A stretch of DNA of 64,000 nt. It comes from Piedraia hortae CBS 480.64 (taxonomy: Eukaryota). How positions within the stretch are numbered: the first letter of the stretch is position 1; each line of letters begins with the position of its first letter. Both the position numbers and the translations under genes were made by a program. A model generated the notes under the pieces. That model was not told the DNA's origin, searched no databases, and saw only the letters and a program-made list of their open reading frames with translations. Of this stretch, positions 58,882 to 64,000 are shown piece after piece. Location of the stretch: positions 62,001-126,000 of the forward strand of contig MU005986.1 of the NCBI GenBank assembly GCA_010093745.1, in the 5' to 3' direction.

Positions 58882-59843
58882 TTCGCGTTGAGGTTGATCG
58901 CTCGCGCGGTTGGTTTGGTTTGGTTAGGGTTAGGAGTTGGGTATTGCTGCGGCGCTGGACTTGAGGTTGGGGGTTGGGTGTGAATGTGGGCTGTTCTTCG
59001 TTTCGAGAGTGGGAAGATGCAAGGAAGCTGGTTTGCGTGCGATGCCAAGCTGTCTTCGCGTCGTTAACTTCACCCTAATTTTGACGCGATTCTACAGCCC
59101 AACCTGGACATCGCGGACCCAATCCTTTTTTTGCAATCATGCATACAGTGTCTCTAGGCGCGTAGGTACCAAAACGGGGTCGCTGATTGCCCGCTATCCA
59201 AGTTTGACATAAAGGTCTGCAAATACACAATTACATAGGTACTACAAAATCTTATACACCAGCTTCTCCAGCACCCAGTCCATTACACTGAGCAACTGAT
59301 GAAGAAGGTGAAGTTCACATCAGCCGGAAGTAGTGCAAAACCAGCGACACCGTGCCCCCGGACATGAGCATGCTCAGCGGTCGCAGGAGCGAGCTCCAAA
59401 TATGAGTATCGAAGAAGCCTGGATAGAGGCGTATCAGTGATTAGACTGATAAGAACAGATACTACACCTTGATCTAAGCCAAAAGGCAAACAGAGCTGGA
59501 TAAGGAAGAAAGAATCGCGACAAAGGAAAGCCATATAGTGAAGAATAGCGCTATCGTTATTGGCTGTCAGAAGATGAGCTAGATTTTTGTAGGTTAGGTT
59601 CGCTACTTGGCGTAACGCTAATGACTCGCGACCCAGAGACCTTGAGTACGGTACGCTGCTCGAAGAACCAAGCATACACGGAGAGGCGCAGCCGTTTGAA
59701 CTAAGATTGTCCGCCAAGACGACTAATCACAATCGTTGGAGGGGTAGTAAGTTGAGTTCGTTTCGACTGCCAAGGCCACAATGGTATAAAATCTCTATCC
59801 ATGAAATCGTACCTTACCTTAAGACTCCCCGTAACAGTATATC

Positions 59844-61530
59844 TCAACACTCCAACACATCCACCCCCCCATCCCACGTCCCATTCCCCCTCTCAAACCC
59901 AAGCATCGACCCATCCGCACCCTGAAACAGCACAACCGGTCCTTTATCCATCCCATTCCCATTCCCCCCATCCCTCACACTCGCCGCCCCAAGCCTCGTA
60001 CCCGTCAACGCAGTCCCAATCACAACCGGCTCACCCACAACCTTCTCCTTCTCACACACCCACGCATCCTTGACCTCTCGCGCAAGAACCCTATTCTGCC
60101 CATCCACCAAATAAAACACCTCCCCATCATTATGCAAAAACCTCTCCCCCGCACTCATCAGCGCATTGAACGGACACTTCCTCCATTTCGGCTTGTCAGC
60201 ATTTTTATCAATACTCCAAAACTCAAATGCCGACTTCGAGCTAATAAACATTACATGCGCGAGGGAATCGGCGGGGTCACTATAGCACCCTACCCCAGCT
60301 TGAACGCTAGGCACGGACCACTGCTTCGAGTGTTCCCAGGTATAATTTTTGTAGGTCCATTCTTCGAAGAGTGTTTCGTTGGAGGCGTACCAGACCATGA
60401 TGCCGTCTGTGTTGTAGCGGGACTGATCGGACATTTTCTCACCGTAGTGGAATGTGCACGCCCGAATGGGGGTCGAGCCTTCGGTGTAGACCCCGGGGGG
60501 TTTGAGTGTGTCGTAGCCTGCCACATCGATGATGATGCCCCAGCCAGATTCACCGCCGTCTTGGTAGACGTGGTGGTAGGGGCGGTTGGCGTAGTTGACC
60601 ACTGGGTTAAGTTAGTGGGTTGGGGTTGAAGGGGAGGGGGATGGTAACGAACTGAATGTGTTCCAGGTTACAATGCCGTTGTTGTCGACAGTCGCTACCG
60701 CGTCTAGAGGTGTTCTTAGCCGCGCGTCGTATTGTACGGGTAGTTTTTTGTATGTCCAGCTTCCGTTGCTGAGTAATTGGCGGACTTGGATGTCGATGTT
60801 GTTGTCGGCTTGGTAGTAGATGTTTGCGAGTGTTTGGGAGGAGTTTTTCATGATTCCGCCAAAAGGCATGGAAGCGAAGCCGATCCCTGAGCCGCCCATT
60901 GCTGGGCCTGAGGGGGGGATTTTCCTGGTTTGTGATGCCGTGCAGTTGAAGCGTGCTAATCTTGGGATAGGAGTTGCTGATGCGGCGGTGTTTTGTGTTG
61001 CCGTTGCTGATGTCTTGGATTGTTCAGGCTTCACACCCAGCCCAACCCCCAGCCCGACTGCCAGCGCGATTATTGCTGCAAGCAGTACTACGATTAGAAG
61101 AATAACACACGATATTGGCATGCCGCAGATTCTTCTTCTCTTGCGCGATGGTTTCTCTGAAGTGGGACTTGTTGGTGTATTCGAATCCTTTGCAGTTGAA
61201 CCTTTCCATTGTTGCGTTATCGGGATGGGTTCTGCTCTTGATGGAGAAAGGATTTTCTCATCAAAGTGGTTATTTTCTTGATGTAGACACCTTTCTTTGG
61301 CGTCACAATGTTCTTGCTCCGCCCAATAGGGGATAGGATACGAAGAAGAGCCTGACTTCCTCCATTGCTTTGAAATTTCCGAGTCTCCCTTGCTGTCCTG
61401 ACTTGGACTGGATATAGCGTGACCGTGCCTGCATAGAGTTAGCCTCTTTTAACTCCCCAAGCGCGGAAAATTCAACGCACTCGGAACCAGAACGACTTTC
61501 GCCTCTCAATGAGTCCCGGTAAACATCCAT
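59844..61530 (-). CDS. Single-pass membrane protein with a fucose-specific-lectin-like beta-propeller; introns 61429-61480, 60602-60652
   Basis: Basic 'RKRRRICG' then a TM helix 'LLIVVLLAAIIALAVGLGVGL', S/T linker, 'NIYYQ...NGSW', 'ARLRTPL.AV' and W-rich repeats. Both introns splice in frame. Confidence 0.65.
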
Positions 61531-62307
61531 TGTTTAGTCCAAGTTTACGAGTTGGAGGAATCACACAAGCACCTCTCCGAGGTCCCATTTTGGGGCATGC
61601 TTTCTATAGCCACATTGCTACCTACCACACAGCCTCGATCCATGGATTCCCCTCGTCGGAATGTTGTCCTTGAGGGTAGAGGCATGCCATGTGGCGCACT
61701 TAGCCTCTTATAATTCAGCCTTGTGTATTATTACCCAGAAAAGAGACGCTGCCTGACAACTTTGCCCCAGAAATCTCATAGACCGGTGTCCTGTGAAAAT
61801 CGCTCGAAAGGCATTGCAAATCTTGTTCCCGACATTATATGAGCTTGAGTTTGAAAGTGCGTTCACCAATCCAGAGAGCCCTGAGAGGTGCTTAGTCCGC
61901 CGGAGGAATTGCCTGCTTTCGACCAGTAGAAGGTGAGTCCGGTAGAAGCGTTTAGGCATTCTTTACCGAGATTATCCCAAGTTTAAGAAGCCAATCAAAC
62001 GCTGCTATTGCTAGCTCAGCCTTGCTGCAGCCACATCCGCCGGTTCACCAGTCTGCCTCGGTAACGATGGCGCCATTGCCTGTTGGCACCTGACCTAGAT
62101 TGCAACTGTAGTTTCCTTAAAGCTGGCCGGTCCCACTCGATTGAGGAAAAAACCGATTGGGAACGAGCTGGTGTATAATCGTGCACAATTCTGCACACAA
62201 AATCTGCCTAACAACCTCTGACACCCTGCGAATCATTCCCGAAGAACACCTTGGCGCTGGCGTCCTGCCTCCCGAGGATATGGTCCAAAACTCCCCCCAA
62301 ACCCGTA

Positions 62308-63189
62308 TCATGTTTTGTTTTTCGCAATCCAGTCCCCAAGTTTATTCAACGAGAACTTATTATCGGCCCTAAACTTCTCCAAACCATTCACCTCCTCGAG
62401 AATCGAACCTGCGGGCCCCTTACTCGCGCGCCGAATGATCTCATCAATGATTCGTTTTCGTCGGAAATAATAGGACCTATCGCTTTCCTTGTTGCGCCAT
62501 GAAGCGCCCAGTGACGCCTCAAGCGATTGCACCGAAGGATTCCCATTCAGCCCAACCGTCCACTCTTGCCAGAGATCAGGAACTGTGGCGATGCTCCGGT
62601 CCTGGGCGTGTTGAGCAGGACTGTTAGCAGCAACAGCAGCAGGCTGCCCTGGGGTCGCTCGATCATGTTCCGATAATAGCGCCTCTTGGAGGGTATTATG
62701 TGCGCTTGCATCTTCAGGCTGTGCACTCCATTCTGTCCGATTGCCCATGTTGTGCCACCCGTTTACTAGTCGGGTTCCCACTTGCTCAGCAGCAACTTCG
62801 GCAGACGGTTCCCCTTCTTCCCGAAGTAGGCCTCCGTCTCTCCTGTAACCCTGTCCATCGCTAGATAGTCTGACCCTAGTCTCACGCCCTGCCCTCTGGT
62901 CGGCCGTATCCCCATTCCTATTCCCATCAAGACCAACAGTAGTCGTTACGGTAAACTGCCTGTTCCTTTCAAACTGAGACAATTCGTCAATCTCTTGTTG
63001 CATGCGCTGAAGCTGTTTCCGACTCTCAATGCTTTGCCGCAGCGAATCCTGGCGCATCCGGTCGATTGCGCCCATGATTTCCGTCTGGATATTCTCCAGC
63101 TTGAGCTCAATTCCGCGGGTCAGTTGTTGGAATTGTTGCTCGCTCAGCCCGCCAGAGAGACTTGGCGATGATGGCGCGGATGGGTCCAT
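62308..63189 (-). CDS. GCR1_C DNA-binding-domain protein with N-terminal coiled coil
   Basis: 'TVPDLWQEWTVGLNGNPSVQSLEASLGASWR...RSYYFRRKRIIDEI...LE......SLNKL'. Confidence 0.85.
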   Translation of the reverse strand: MDPSAPSSPSLSGGLSEQQFQQLTRGIELKLENIQTEIMGAIDRMRQDSLRQSIESRKQLQRMQQEIDELSQFERNRQFTVTTTVGLDGNRNGDTADQRAGRETRVRLSSDGQGYRRDGGLLREEGEPSAEVAAEQVGTRLVNGWHNMGNRTEWSAQPEDASAHNTLQEALLSEHDRATPGQPAAVAANSPAQHAQDRSIATVPDLWQEWTVGLNGNPSVQSLEASLGASWRNKESDRSYYFRRKRIIDEIIRRASKGPAGSILEEVNGLEKFRADNKFSLNKLGDWIAKNKT

Positions 63190-63722
63190 TGCCACGATTA
63201 CGACAGCAATCGGTGACTGCAAATGATGGAATAGATCCGTCAGAGGTCAAGTGTGAATATTTATTTCGCTCGAGGAGTTTGGTGTTCACTGAGCCTGGCT
63301 AGAAGGAATGCGACTTGTTTGTCGAATTGAACTGTGGAAACTGAAGCGGGGCGCTAGGTCTAATATGGTATGGTACACTCGTTAACCGAAAATAGTAATC
63401 GAGCTAGTCTTCTAGAAGAAGTTGACATCACTCAAGTCAGCCTGCCAAACTCTAGGTGCAAACGCTTTTATCCGGACAGACTTGAGCGAGCTAACTCGAT
63501 CGGTCTACCATCCCCATCCCAAATACCACTTAAAATCTCCTCCACTATAAATGTACAAGAGAATGGCTATCTGCAATCTCAACAGTACGAGACACTGTTA
63601 ACGCATACCAACTGCTATGCTCCGTAGTATTCAGAACGTTAATCCCCAACAGAACTCGACAGAAAAGTATTCATAAACTCCCTGCACCACCAGTACATAC
63701 ACCCTACCAACGGCCAGAACGC

Positions 63723-64000
63723 CTACTCCCTCAGCGTCCTCAACAACTTCTGCCCACCGAGTAACAGCCTAGATTTCCTCCCAAGCTCCTCATCATGTTC
63801 ATCTACACCGTTAACATTCGCACTATTTACTTCCGACGTCTTGGGTCTTATACCCCCAAAGTGAAATAGACCCCTTGGTCTCCTACTAGCCTCATTCCCA
63901 CTGGGGTGCTCACCCTGCTGTTGCTGCTGCTGCTGCTGTTGATGATGATGATGGCTCGAATCGTCACCACTACCATCAACTCTGTTAAGAAACTCTGCAG
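63723..64000 (-). CDS. 3' end of an unidentified gene running off the window (poly-His/Gln tract)
   Basis: Open frame 'EFLNRVDGSGDDSSHHHHQQQQQQQQQG...LLRTLRE*' from the window edge to a TAG ending at 63723. Confidence 0.5.
   Translation of the reverse strand, partial: AEFLNRVDGSGDDSSHHHHQQQQQQQQQGEHPSGNEASRRPRGLFHFGGIRPKTSEVNSANVNGVDEHDEELGRKSRLLLGGQKLLRTLRE

Noticed and set aside
59240..59720. Possible small spliced minus-strand membrane-protein gene or relic
   Set aside because: Branch/acceptor-like signals are present but no convincing complete reading frame could be built.

Overview
Compact, gene-dense filamentous ascomycete (Pezizomycotina-type) DNA. Introns are spliceosomal GT-AG with CTRAY branch sites, mostly 44-59 nt. 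About 28 genes are present, mainly housekeeping: CTU2, bystin/ENP1, Ash2/Bre2, POT1, importin-alpha, EDC3, RPC4, TRM7, TOM40, PFK2-like, PTM1-like, DAK, SmD2, Ams2/Spt21, PUB1, PUS4 and mitochondrial IF3. Accessory elements are a decayed full-length Ty3/Gypsy chromovirus with ~100-bp LTRs and a TGGTA target-site duplication (12.6-18.4 kb), an F-box/LRR relic (~30.6-31.9 kb), and a degenerate 43.5-49 kb block with two paralogous pseudogenes and an assembly gap. Two observations stand out. (1) RRP5 is present as two complementary genes, one S1-only and one HAT-only, that share a duplicated N-terminal leader, suggesting fission by duplication and reciprocal deletion. (2) A secreted Kex2-processed precursor carries 14 alternating 25-26 aa peptide repeats fused to a C-terminal globular domain, tentatively NTF2-like. 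All family assignments are by eye from motifs; no searches were run.
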